This document shows positions 1 through 10,029 of a DNA stretch of 39,410 bases, piece by piece (the stretch's first letter is position 1; every line of letters begins with the position of its first letter). The translations under genes and the position numbers were made by a program. This stretch comes from Terriglobales bacterium. GTDB lineage: Bacteria > Acidobacteriota > Terriglobia > Terriglobales > Acidobacteriaceae. The stretch covers positions 1 to 39,410 of the forward strand of contig DATGGJ010000099.1 in assembly GCA_035308585.1 (NCBI GenBank). Direction: 5' to 3'. A model generated the notes under the pieces. It ran no database searches. It had not been told where the DNA came from and worked only from the letters and a program-made list of their open reading frames with translations.

Positions 1-133
1 TAGCAGCAGATGGGGAGGCGAAACCCCGCAGGTAGGCCTATTCGTCACTCACCAATCTGCAATCGTCAATCCGGCTGAACTTTTCCTCCCCCACCCCCGT
101 ACCTCCAGCTACAATCCCGCCTCAGGAGCGCCT

Positions 134-841
134 ATGACCACGCTCAGCCGCAACGCCAGAATCGCCGGGCTCTTCTATCTCACCCTGATGACCGCGCCCT
201 TGCGCCTCGTCTACATTCCCACCAAGCTGATCGTCTCCGGCAACGCGGCCGCCACCGCTGGCAACATCGCCGCCCACCAGACGCTTTTCCGCCTGGGCAT
301 CCTCACCGACCTGTTCACCGCGGTAATGGCGATCTTCCTCACCCTGGCGCTTTACCGGCTGTTCAAGGGTGTGGACCAATTCCTGGCCGCCCTGGTTGTG
401 GCGCTCGGCGCCCTGATGGTCACCCCCATCTACTTCCTCAACACTCTCAATGACGCGGCCACGCTGCTGCTGGTGCGCGGCGCCGACTTCCTCTCCGTCT
501 TCGACAAGCCGCAGCGCGAGGCCATGGCCATGCTCTTCCTCCGCCTGCACCACCATGGCGTCGTAGTCAACGAGGTTTTCTGGGGGTTGTGGCTGCTGCC
601 TTTCGGCCTGCTGGTTTACAAATCGCGCTTCCTGCCCCGCTTCCTGGGCGTCTGGCTGGTGCTCAATTGCTTCGCCTACCTGGCGCAGAGCGTCACCGGC
701 ATCATGTGGCCGCAATACGAAGACACAGTAGCGAACTACGCCCTTCCCGTCATGTTCGGAGAGCTGGCTATCATGCTGTGGCTCATCATCATGGGAGCCA
801 AGGAGCGGCAGCCGCTGGCGGCCGCAGCCGCCAACCCGTAA
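134..841 (+). CDS. DUF4386-family integral membrane protein
   Basis: 235-aa ORF with AGGAG upstream of the ATG. It has several hydrophobic helices. The N-terminal pattern ARIAGLFYL...SGNAAATAGNIAAHQTLFRLGI is recalled as typical of DUF4386. The antisense ORF 122..715 is judged spurious. Confidence 0.7.
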   Translation: MTTLSRNARIAGLFYLTLMTAPLRLVYIPTKLIVSGNAAATAGNIAAHQTLFRLGILTDLFTAVMAIFLTLALYRLFKGVDQFLAALVVALGALMVTPIYFLNTLNDAATLLLVRGADFLSVFDKPQREAMAMLFLRLHHHGVVVNEVFWGLWLLPFGLLVYKSRFLPRFLGVWLVLNCFAYLAQSVTGIMWPQYEDTVANYALPVMFGELAIMLWLIIMGAKERQPLAAAAANP

Positions 842-974
842 GCGGAGGGAGTGCGCGCGTGCGGCGAAATGTCAATCTTTTCAGAACATTGCACCGTGTC
901 CCGCTTTTTTCGCCGGGCCCACTCGCCCGCCTGAGCGGCGTATGATAGGCTTTTGCGACGGCTGAGCCTGCCTT

Positions 975-1334
975 ATGGACGAGTCTTTGGTGGTGGAGAA
1001 ATTTCATGGGTCGCTGGATACGCAGCGGGTCTTTCGCCTGAGCGGGCCTCTGACCTTTGAAACTCTCTCCCCGCTGCAGAACGCCCTGCGGGTAGAGACG
1101 GCAACCAGCGTCTTCCTCGACCTCACCGACGTGCCTTATATTGATTCCGCCGGCCTGGGGTCGCTGGTCACCGCCTGCGTCTCCTGCAGCAAGACTGGGC
1201 GCCAGTTGGTGCTCAGCGGGGTGCAGCAGCGGGTGCGGCGCGTCTTCCACATCACCGGGGTGGAGCGGTTGTTCCTCATCTTCGATAACATTCAGGATGC
1301 CCTGGATGCGCTCACCAAACCCGCCAACGCGTAA
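975..1334 (+). CDS. STAS-domain protein (anti-sigma-factor antagonist, SpoIIAA-like)
   Basis: 119 aa. The motif LDLTDVPYIDSAGLGSLV...LVLSGVQQRVRRVFHITGVERLFLIF is a classic STAS fold signature. No partner-switch kinase or phosphatase lies adjacent. Confidence 0.8.
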   Translation: MDESLVVEKFHGSLDTQRVFRLSGPLTFETLSPLQNALRVETATSVFLDLTDVPYIDSAGLGSLVTACVSCSKTGRQLVLSGVQQRVRRVFHITGVERLFLIFDNIQDALDALTKPANA

Positions 1335-1336
1335 AG

Positions 1337-1367
1337 CCAGGAGTCGGTAGCCGGGAGTCAGCAGGGG
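1337..1367. repeat. GGAGTC(G/A)G-type short repeat after the STAS gene stop
   Basis: ccaggagtcggtagccgggagtcagcagggg was read directly. Confidence 0.4.
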
Positions 1368-1422
1368 CGTGTGACGTTGCAGATTGCTGATTGACGAACG
1401 GGCCTACCTGAGGAGTTTCGTC

Positions 1423-1899
1423 TTACTCCTTCACCGCCACTGAGTCGTGCGAGGCTACGCACTTCCACTTCCCGCCGCGCTTCACATAGGTGTCGGTAAA
1501 CCGGCCCGCGGTCATCACGTGCTTGCCCTTGACCTCGCGCTTCTCCGTGTACCGGCCCATGATGACCGCGGCATCGCCATAGCTCTGGGTTTTCATTTCC
1601 GCCAGGTCCACCGCCTTGAGCGTGGGGTCGCCCTTGCCTATTCCGTCCAGCACTTCCTTGCGGGTGCTGACGCTGCCATCGGGATTGGTTTGCACCATGG
1701 TGTCGTCCAGGTAAGGGGCGATCATGGCGGGATCGGCTTTGACCTCCGACTCCGCCCACTTGTGCTCGATTTGCTCAAGTTGGGTGCCGACTGAACCCTG
1801 CACGGGGGTGCTTGTCTCCGGAGCGTTCTTCTTATGCTGGGCGGCGCTCAGGCCTGCGGAGATGGCAACCGCTATCACCATCACAATGACTGGTTTCAT
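1423..1899 (-). CDS. Secreted SnoaL-like / DUF4440 (NTF2-fold) protein
   Basis: The start is moved to the internal ATG at 1899 (MKPVIVMVIAVAISAGLSAAQ signal peptide), which has GGAGAG upstream. The C-terminal FTDTYVKRGGKWKCVASH is typical of DUF4440. Confidence 0.7.
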   Translation of the reverse strand: MKPVIVMVIAVAISAGLSAAQHKKNAPETSTPVQGSVGTQLEQIEHKWAESEVKADPAMIAPYLDDTMVQTNPDGSVSTRKEVLDGIGKGDPTLKAVDLAEMKTQSYGDAAVIMGRYTEKREVKGKHVMTAGRFTDTYVKRGGKWKCVASHDSVAVKE

Positions 1900-2031
1900 G
1901 GCTCTCTCCTTCGTATAGCAGGGACAATATACAGTATGAGTAGCTGGTAGCTGGTCCTGGCGTGCGGGCAACTAGCAATTACCGTCTTGCGTTATCCTGA
2001 TTCAATTCCATCTCGCAAAGGAGATGCACTC

Positions 2032-2505
2032 ATGGCCAAAGTAAAACCTATCCCCGAGGGCTACCACAGCATTACCCCTTACCTTGTCGTCAAAGGCGCA
2101 GCCAAAGCCATTGACTACTACAAGAAGGCGTTTGGCGCGACGGAAATCATGCGCATGGCCATGCCCGACGGCACCGTCGGACACGCCGAGCTGAAGATTG
2201 GCGACTCCATCTTCATGATGGGCGAAGAGGTGCCGCAGATGGGCTATCGCGCGCCCCAGGGCAGCACGCCCGTCGGGCTCATGATCTACGTAGGCGACGT
2301 GGACCGGGTATTCAAGCAGGCGGTGGCCGCCGGCGGCCGGGTGGAGAAGGATGTCATGGACCAGTTCTATGGCGACCGCAGCGGCACCCTATACGACCCC
2401 TTTGGACACATGTGGACCGTCGCCACCCATGTGGAAGATGTTTCGCCGGAGGAGATGAAGAAGCGGATGGCCAAGTACGCCGCCGAGCGCGAGCAGAAGA
2501 AATGA
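2032..2505 (+). CDS. VOC-family (glyoxalase/bleomycin-resistance, PhnB-like) protein
   Basis: AAGGAG lies upstream of the ATG at 2032. ITPYLVVKGAAKAIDYYKKAFGA...GHAELKIGDSIFMMGEE...DPFGHMWTV matches the PhnB/YjdN-like VOC pattern. Confidence 0.8.
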   Translation: MAKVKPIPEGYHSITPYLVVKGAAKAIDYYKKAFGATEIMRMAMPDGTVGHAELKIGDSIFMMGEEVPQMGYRAPQGSTPVGLMIYVGDVDRVFKQAVAAGGRVEKDVMDQFYGDRSGTLYDPFGHMWTVATHVEDVSPEEMKKRMAKYAAEREQKK

Positions 2506-2699
2506 CCGAACCCGTGAGCAAGCCAGGCCAGGGCGAGACCGGGCAGGGGAGTTCCGGCCTTCGCGCGGAGCAGCCAGGGAAGACTGGAGGGCAGCTCATG
2601 CGGGTATGCCCGAACTGCTCGGCAGAACTGCAGGAGGTGCGCTGTAAGCTGAGCTGCCCGCGGTGCGGCTTTTTTCTGAGCTGTTCGGATTATTACTGA
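2502..2699 (+). CDS. Small zinc-ribbon protein (CPNC-x17-CPRC)
   Basis: The 65-aa ORF starts in an ATGA overlap with the VOC stop codon. The C-terminus is RVCPNCSAELQEVRCKLSCPRCGFFLSCSDYY. The N-terminal half is low-complexity, so the call is tentative. Confidence 0.45.
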   Translation: MTEPVSKPGQGETGQGSSGLRAEQPGKTGGQLMRVCPNCSAELQEVRCKLSCPRCGFFLSCSDYY

Positions 2700-2720
2700 G
2701 CACCGCCTGGGCTCGGTGCT
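2699..2720 (+). terminator. Stem-loop immediately after the zinc-ribbon ORF stop (AGCACCG-N8-CGGTGCT), weak U tract
   Basis: A perfect 7-bp inverted repeat was read directly from the sequence. It is followed by gcatctt only, so it is a weak terminator at best. Confidence 0.35.
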
Positions 2721-2908
2721 GCATCTTAGACATTCAGGTCTTTGGGCCAAACAGGCGGGAGCGGGCGGCGCCAGGTTTTTATCGTTTCCCTGGCTTGGGC
2801 GCGGCTGAAGCACAACGATGTCAGGCCGCCCACGCCCCTCCGCCTGATCCTGCTTCCAGAGCTTGCGACATCTCTGCCGCGTTGCCTCTTGGGCGACGCA
2901 GACGGCAG

Positions 2909-3691
2909 CTATGCTGTTGGTTTGGACCGCTGAGTTCGCGCCGCGATCGGCATCGAGGGTGTTGCGATAACGCCGGACCTGCGCCGAACCGCCTCGACAA
3001 ACCGGGGAAGGTGCCTAAGCCCATCACAACCGGAGACGAACTCTATCCCCATCCCTTTGCTGGAATTGGCTACAGCGACGCGGCCATCCACGTGGATTCG
3101 CTGCTTACACGCCTCCAGCGCTAATTCCAGGGGAGTCCCTGGAAGGCACGTGCCCAGAGCCTGAACGTAACATCCCCCCAAGCTGATATCCGTCAGCTTC
3201 CCCGACATGACAGTGCAGTTACCTGCGATGCGAAACTCCACCGTTCCCAGACAGCGATGCCGAGTGTAGCGGCGCCTCTCCGGCGAGGAACGAACAGGTT
3301 TTTCAGAACTGCAATTCGGAGGCCCTGCCGCACCCGCCGCCGCGGATGGCAAGGCGTCGGAAAAAGGCGGGGCTTTGCTCGCCACAGGAACCGGTTCGAT
3401 GCCCCAGATATTTTTTCGCGGCTCCAAGCTTCGCAGCCCAATGTGGCCGTGCTCTTTGCTCCCCGGTTGTCCCATCCACATCACGCGAAACTTCGTGGTC
3501 TTGCGCTTGTATTTAATCTGAATGATGTCTCCCGGTCCCTTGAGACATTCCACGCCATCCACCCGCGCGCCATAGAAACTCGTATCTCTGGCATAAGCGG
3601 TTTGCACAAAGGCATTGCCTTGGGAGTCTCTTCCGCACACTTCTACCCTGAGCCGAACTTGGGATCGTATTTCCCGCCTGTCCTGCTTCAA
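2909..3691 (-). CDS. Tandem PilZ-domain protein (putative c-di-GMP receptor)
   Basis: There are two RxxxR ... D/NxSxxG units: DRREIRSQVR...DTSFYGARV and ERRRYTRHRC...DISLGGCYV. The start is TTG with GGGTGAG upstream. Confidence 0.75.
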   Translation of the reverse strand: MKQDRREIRSQVRLRVEVCGRDSQGNAFVQTAYARDTSFYGARVDGVECLKGPGDIIQIKYKRKTTKFRVMWMGQPGSKEHGHIGLRSLEPRKNIWGIEPVPVASKAPPFSDALPSAAAGAAGPPNCSSEKPVRSSPERRRYTRHRCLGTVEFRIAGNCTVMSGKLTDISLGGCYVQALGTCLPGTPLELALEACKQRIHVDGRVAVANSSKGMGIEFVSGCDGLRHLPRFVEAVRRRSGVIATPSMPIAARTQRSKPTA

Positions 3692-3927
3692 AGCTCACCC
3701 GGTTTAGGCTGAGTTCCTCTCCCGCTCATAGACACTTTGAAGGTCCCTGGTTGCGTCTCAGTATTGAACCGTAACCGGCGCTAAGGCCCAAGTTACCGAC
3801 GTGTAGTCCTTCGGGCTTCCAAAGGTGCAGGCAAACTCCCAGGTCCATTGGCATTACGGGTCCTGGATTGGGGAGGAGATTTGCCCGGTTTGCGGCGCTT
3901 CCCCTGGTGAAGTCGGGAAAGTTGCGA

Positions 3928-4776
3928 TCACACCGGCATTACGCTGCGACCCTGGCCCACTGCCTTCCGCACCGCTAGAATCTCCTGCAGCACACTGCGC
4001 AGGCGCTGCAACTCCAGCGCGTTGGCGCCGTCGGACTTCGCCTGTTTGGGGTGGTCGTGCACCTCCAGAAAGACGCCGTCTACACCCGCGGCGACGGCGG
4101 CGCGCGCCAGCAGGGGAATAAACTCAGGCTGGCCGCCGCTGACCGCGCCATCGCCGTTGCTGGCCGCCGAAGGCAGTTGCACGGAGTGAGTGGCGTCGAA
4201 CACCACCGGCGCGAACTCGCGCATGATGGCCAGCGAGCGCATGTCCACCACCAGATTGTTGTAGCCAAAGGATGATCCGCGCTCGGTGACAAATACCTGC
4301 CCGTTGCCCGCGGCCTGGCATTTCTCTACCGCGTGTCGCATGTCCCAGGGGGAAACGAACTGGCCCTTCTTGATGTTGACTGCGCGTCCGCTCTTGGCGG
4401 CCGCCACCAGCAGGTCGGTTTGCCGGCAAAGGAACGCGGGAATCTGGATGACATCGGCGATTTCGGCCACCCGCTGCACGTCCACCGCTTCGTGCACATC
4501 GGTGAGGACCGGCACGTGCACTCCGCGCGCAATTTTGTTGAGAATGCGCAGGCCTTCGTCCAGGCCCGGTCCGCGGTAGCTCTTCAGCGAGGTGCGGTTG
4601 GCCTTGTCGTAGGAAGCTTTGAAAATGCAGGGCAGGCGCAGGGCGCGCGCCACGCCGGAAATGGATTCCGCCATTTTGATGGCGTGCTCTTCGCTTTCGA
4701 TCACGCACGGCCCGGCGATGAGGAACAGCTCACCCCCGCCGATCTCGACGTTGCCGACTTTGAACTGGGACTTCAT
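3928..4776 (-). CDS. kdsA: 3-deoxy-8-phosphooctulonate (KDO8P) synthase
   Basis: 282 aa. FLIAGPCVIESEEHAI...IFKASYDKANRTS...QIPAFLCRQTDLL...DATHSVQLP is a full-length KdsA pattern. Confidence 0.93.
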   Translation of the reverse strand: MKSQFKVGNVEIGGGELFLIAGPCVIESEEHAIKMAESISGVARALRLPCIFKASYDKANRTSLKSYRGPGLDEGLRILNKIARGVHVPVLTDVHEAVDVQRVAEIADVIQIPAFLCRQTDLLVAAAKSGRAVNIKKGQFVSPWDMRHAVEKCQAAGNGQVFVTERGSSFGYNNLVVDMRSLAIMREFAPVVFDATHSVQLPSAASNGDGAVSGGQPEFIPLLARAAVAAGVDGVFLEVHDHPKQAKSDGANALELQRLRSVLQEILAVRKAVGQGRSVMPV

Positions 4777-4796
4777 CTGCTACCAAGAAACCCTTA

Positions 4797-4867
4797 ACCA
4801 CAAAGGACACGAAGGAAGAAATCAAGGATTCGGGTTTCCTTCGTGAACCTTTGTGACCTTTGTGGTG
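4797..4867. repeat. REP-like imperfect hairpin in the pyrG-kdsA spacer (CACAAAGG / CCTTTGTG arms)
   Basis: cacgaaggaa (4808-4817) pairs perfectly with ttccttcgtg (4836-4845). ccacaaagg (4798-4806) can pair with either copy of a tandem acctttgtg-acctttgtg duplication (4847-4864). Confidence 0.6.
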
Positions 4868-4871
4868 GATT

Positions 4872-6623
<1,752 letters not shown>

Positions 6624-6659
6624 TCACGTCGGGAACTAGCCCCCAAAAAGGACGAAAAG

Positions 6660-7340
6660 ATGGCCTCGGTACCCGAGCAGGCTGATTTCGATAACTCCTT
6701 GCGCTTGTATACCTACCGGCGCATGGTGGAGACCGGCAGGGCGCCGGCCGTGGCCACCGCCGCAAAAGAGATGGGCAGCACTGAGGCCGCGGTTCGGGCT
6801 GCTTACGCTCGCCTGAGCCACTCCCACGCCTTCATGCTCACGGAAATCGGGGAACTGTGGCGCGTGGCGCCTTTTTCCGCAATTCCCACCCCCTTTCCGG
6901 TGAAATCGGGCGGGCAAACTTACTACGCCAACTGCATCTGGGACGCTCTAGGCATTCCCGCCATGCTGGGGCAGGACGCCACCATTCCTGCCTCCTGCGC
7001 GTGTTGCAACCTGGAAATGACGCTGCAGGTGAAAGGGGGGTCGCTGCTCCCGCACGAGGGGCTGATCCATGTTGCCGTTTCGGCGCGCCGCTGGTACGAG
7101 GATGTGGTTTTCACGTGAAAAACCATTCTCCTGTTCCGGTCGGAACTGCATGTGGACCGCTGGTGCCGCCAGTGGAACCGCCAGCGGGGCGGGATCTTCT
7201 CTCTGCAGCAGGGCTGGGACTTGGCGCGCCTCTGGTACGCAGACCGCCTCAGCCCCAAGTGGCGTCCTTTCAATGCTCAGGAGGCGCAAGCCATCTTTGC
7301 CCAAGTGGGTCTGACCAGTGATTTCTGGAGCCTGGGGTAG
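6660..7340 (+). CDS. MerB-like (alkylmercury lyase family) protein with one in-frame TGA at 7116-7118 (candidate Sec codon, or a nonsense mutation)
   Basis: Track ORFs 6588..7118 and 7152..7340 are in the same frame and are separated only by a TGA plus 11 sense codons. The joined product reads ...YANCIWDALG...RRWYEDVVFT-TGA-KTILLFRSELHVDRWCRQW... The start is taken at ATG 6660 (MASVPEQ), which has an AGGA-like RBS. Confidence 0.6.
7133..7146 (+). other. Candidate SECIS-like hairpin GUUCC-GGUC-GGAAC, beginning 14 nt 3' of the in-frame UGA
   Basis: A 5-bp stem with a GGUC tetraloop was read directly. The loop occupies nt +23..+26 counted from the U of the UGA. This is a minimal helix and has not been evaluated thermodynamically. 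Confidence 0.35.
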
Positions 7341-7548
7341 CTCCGCATCAACTTACTGACCCACCACCATGCCCATTCCTCAATGCAGGACTAAAGCCCT
7401 GCTCCACACTCTGAACCCAGCGACTTGGAATAACGCAAAAAGCCGGGGGGATTACCCTCGTGACTTGGGCAAGTGCCTGATTGCACTTACCATGGTGTTG
7501 AACTGCGTACGCCGACGTGTGCCTGTCAGCTCAGGCACAAGCGCATCT

Positions 7549-7980
7549 ATGTCTTATCTGGCCAGGCTGCGGATGAAAGCACAGAGCGGCGGGAGACCGC
7601 TGTTCTACATTCTTTGTGTGCTATTGCTGATGGGGATGGCGTGGTGGCTGCTTCCGGCCCGCGGCCATTCCGGCGCGAATAACGCCAGCGGGCAATCCTC
7701 GTTCCTCAGGCCCGTCGGGCAGCGCGGTGCGGCCACGCCCCCTGCGCCCAAGCTGCAGATCAGCGACGTCCGCCAGACCGGGCAGGTGGTGGAAATCAAG
7801 GGAACCGCCGACTGCAACGCGGCCGTGATGATCAATGGCGAGCGCGCTCCGCTCATTTTTGATCACTGCGGATTCAAGCATTTCCTGCTTCTGCCTGAGG
7901 GTCCTTCGACCATCGCCGTCACCGCCCAGGGGCCCGCCGGCGGGGTGAACACTCAGTTACTAAAAGTGAATATCGAGTAA
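7549..7980 (+). CDS. Hypothetical membrane-anchored protein
   Basis: The start is chosen at MSYLARL...PLFYILCVLLLMGMAWWLL (N-terminal TM helix). The C-terminal part (about 90 aa) looks beta-rich. No family was recognised. Confidence 0.5.
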   Translation: MSYLARLRMKAQSGGRPLFYILCVLLLMGMAWWLLPARGHSGANNASGQSSFLRPVGQRGAATPPAPKLQISDVRQTGQVVEIKGTADCNAAVMINGERAPLIFDHCGFKHFLLLPEGPSTIAVTAQGPAGGVNTQLLKVNIE

Positions 7981-7997
7981 GTGCGAAAGCCCTTCCT

Positions 7998-8017
7998 CAC
8001 CGCCGAGACGCCGAGCC
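7998..8017. repeat. CGCCGAGACGCCGAG short intergenic repeat copy
   Basis: caccgccgagacgccgagcc lies just after the stop of the previous gene. Related copies occur at 10891-10957 and, inverted, at 11003-11020. Confidence 0.5.
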
Positions 8018-8156
8018 TGCCGAAAAAGTTGCTTAAAAATCCTAAAGCCTGATCCCGGCATTGGCAGGTGACGCCTGCACTTGCCCATTCTTCGCCCAAT
8101 CCTATAGAGTGCTGCGCACTCATTTGGACTATGGGGGGCGAGTCAGGGAGGGTCGA

Positions 8157-8972
8157 TTGGTCGGGCAACAGCACGCGACGTACGATTTGCGGCGGTTGGC
8201 GGCTCAAATCCGGCTGAGCGCCACGCGCATGGTCGCCATCCAGGGTTTCGGCTATCTGGGGCAGGCGCTGTCCTCGGCCGAGATTTTCGCCGTGCTCTTC
8301 GGGGGAGGTCTTGTTCGCGCCGGCCGTGACCGCTTCGTGCTGGCGCCCGGCCACTATGTGATCGCCCTTTATGCAGTTGCGGCTGCAGTGGGCCTCCTCG
8401 AGCCCAGAGAACTCGAATCCTACGGCAAGGATGGCGCGTTGCTGGAAGCCATAGGCACGGAGCGCACGCCGCTGGTTGACCTGGTATGCGGGTCGCTGGG
8501 TCAGGGGCTCTCCGGAGCCATCGGTTTCGCCCTGGCGGCGCACTTGGCGGGCGAGGAGCGCGACATCTACGCCTTCCTCAGCGACGGCGAAATGCAGGAG
8601 GGGCAGACCTGGGAGGCCGCCATGTTTGCCGCCCACAATTGCCACCGAATGGGGCGGCTGGTGGTGGTGGTGGATGCCAACAGCTCGCAGGTGGATGGGC
8701 CGGTGCCCTCGGTCTTGCCCATCGAGCCCCTGGCCGATAAATGGCGCGCTTTTGGATGGCGAGTCTTAGAAGTGGATGGCCATGATGTGGACGCGCTCTC
8801 CGCTGCCCTCGCCAGCCGCTCCGACCATTCCGAGCCGCTGGTAGTGATTGCGCGCACGGAAATCTTCGGACGGATGAAATCCATGCCCACCGGCGTGGAT
8901 GGGCATTTCATCAAGCTTGATCCGGCTCTCGAGCGGGCGCTGATTGCCGAGTTGGAGGCCGCGCTTGCGTAA
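8157..8972 (+). CDS. Transketolase-like TPP enzyme, N-terminal (pyrophosphate-binding) subunit
   Basis: A TTG start at 8157 is preferred because GGGAGGG lies 5 nt upstream. LSDGEMQEGQTWEAAMFAAHN...VVVVDANSSQVDG is the TPP-binding motif. The usual SGHxG is replaced by GFGYLG. Confidence 0.8.
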   Translation: MVGQQHATYDLRRLAAQIRLSATRMVAIQGFGYLGQALSSAEIFAVLFGGGLVRAGRDRFVLAPGHYVIALYAVAAAVGLLEPRELESYGKDGALLEAIGTERTPLVDLVCGSLGQGLSGAIGFALAAHLAGEERDIYAFLSDGEMQEGQTWEAAMFAAHNCHRMGRLVVVVDANSSQVDGPVPSVLPIEPLADKWRAFGWRVLEVDGHDVDALSAALASRSDHSEPLVVIARTEIFGRMKSMPTGVDGHFIKLDPALERALIAELEAALA

Positions 8973-9972
8973 GCCGCCCTACGAGATCACGCTCAAGCCT
9001 TACGGTCAGGCGCTGCTGGAACTGGCGCGGCAAAGGCCGGAAATCGTGTGCCTGGGCGCCGATTTGACCCGTCAGACCGAAACCGACATCTTCCGTGACG
9101 CTCTGCCCGGGTGCTTTATCAACGCCGGCATGGCCGAAGCCAACATGATCGGTATCGCGGGCGGGTTGGCGCGCGCCGGGCATGTCGTCTTCGTCAACAC
9201 CTTCGGAGTGTTCTGCACCCGCCGTTGCTTTGACCAGGTGGCCATGTCCATTGCCTATCCCGCCCTGAATGTCAAAATTGTCGGCTTCATGCCCGGCTTA
9301 TCCAGCCCGGGAGGCCCTAGTCACCAGGCGATTGAGGATGTTGCCCTGATGCGTGCCCTGCCCAACATGATGGTGATGGAGCCCGCCGACGCGGTGGAAG
9401 TCCGGCAAGCTGTGGCCGCCATCGCCGATCGTCCCGGTCCCGTGTACATGCGTCTCAAGCGCGGCGAGACCCCCATCATTTTTGACGATGATCACCGGCT
9501 CGATCTGAACCGGGCCCAGGTGCTGACCAGCGGAGAGAGGTGCGATATTTGCCTGCTTGCGGCCGGCATGATGCTCCCCGCGGCGCTGGCCGCCGCGGGC
9601 GTTCTGGAGAGCAGGGGCCTCCATGTCGGGGTGATGAACGTGCCGGTCATCAAGCCGCTTGACGCCGCCACCATTCTGGCCGCCACTCGCCGTAGCCGCC
9701 TGGTAATAACGGCCGAGAACCACAGCATCATCGGCGGGTTGGGCTCGGCGGTGGCCGAAGTTCTGGCAGAAGCTGGACTGGCGGTGCCCCTGCGCCGCAT
9801 CGGCATTGCCGACGTTTTTGCGGAATCGGGCAGCCGCGAGTACCTGTTCCACCGCTACGGCCTGGGTACGCAGAACATTCTCAACGCGGCGTGGCGCGGT
9901 TTGGAACTCGAGGGGCCGGTTCCGGCGGCACCCGTCGTGGAAAGCGTCCCTGGAGCTTATGCTCCGGTCTGA
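8944..9972 (+). CDS. Transketolase-like TPP enzyme, C-terminal (pyrimidine-binding) subunit
   Basis: LGADLTRQTE...FINAGMAEANMIGIAGGLA...GPSHQAIEDVALMRALPNM is a typical split-transketolase C subunit. The exact start is uncertain (TTG at 8944 or 8965) and overlaps the upstream stop. Confidence 0.82.
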   Translation: MPSWRPRLRKPPYEITLKPYGQALLELARQRPEIVCLGADLTRQTETDIFRDALPGCFINAGMAEANMIGIAGGLARAGHVVFVNTFGVFCTRRCFDQVAMSIAYPALNVKIVGFMPGLSSPGGPSHQAIEDVALMRALPNMMVMEPADAVEVRQAVAAIADRPGPVYMRLKRGETPIIFDDDHRLDLNRAQVLTSGERCDICLLAAGMMLPAALAAAGVLESRGLHVGVMNVPVIKPLDAATILAATRRSRLVITAENHSIIGGLGSAVAEVLAEAGLAVPLRRIGIADVFAESGSREYLFHRYGLGTQNILNAAWRGLELEGPVPAAPVVESVPGAYAPV

Positions 9973-10029
9973 ATTGAATTTCTTAGCGTGCAGAGGCAGC
10001 AACAAAGCCAGGCTGGAAAGGAACCCCAC

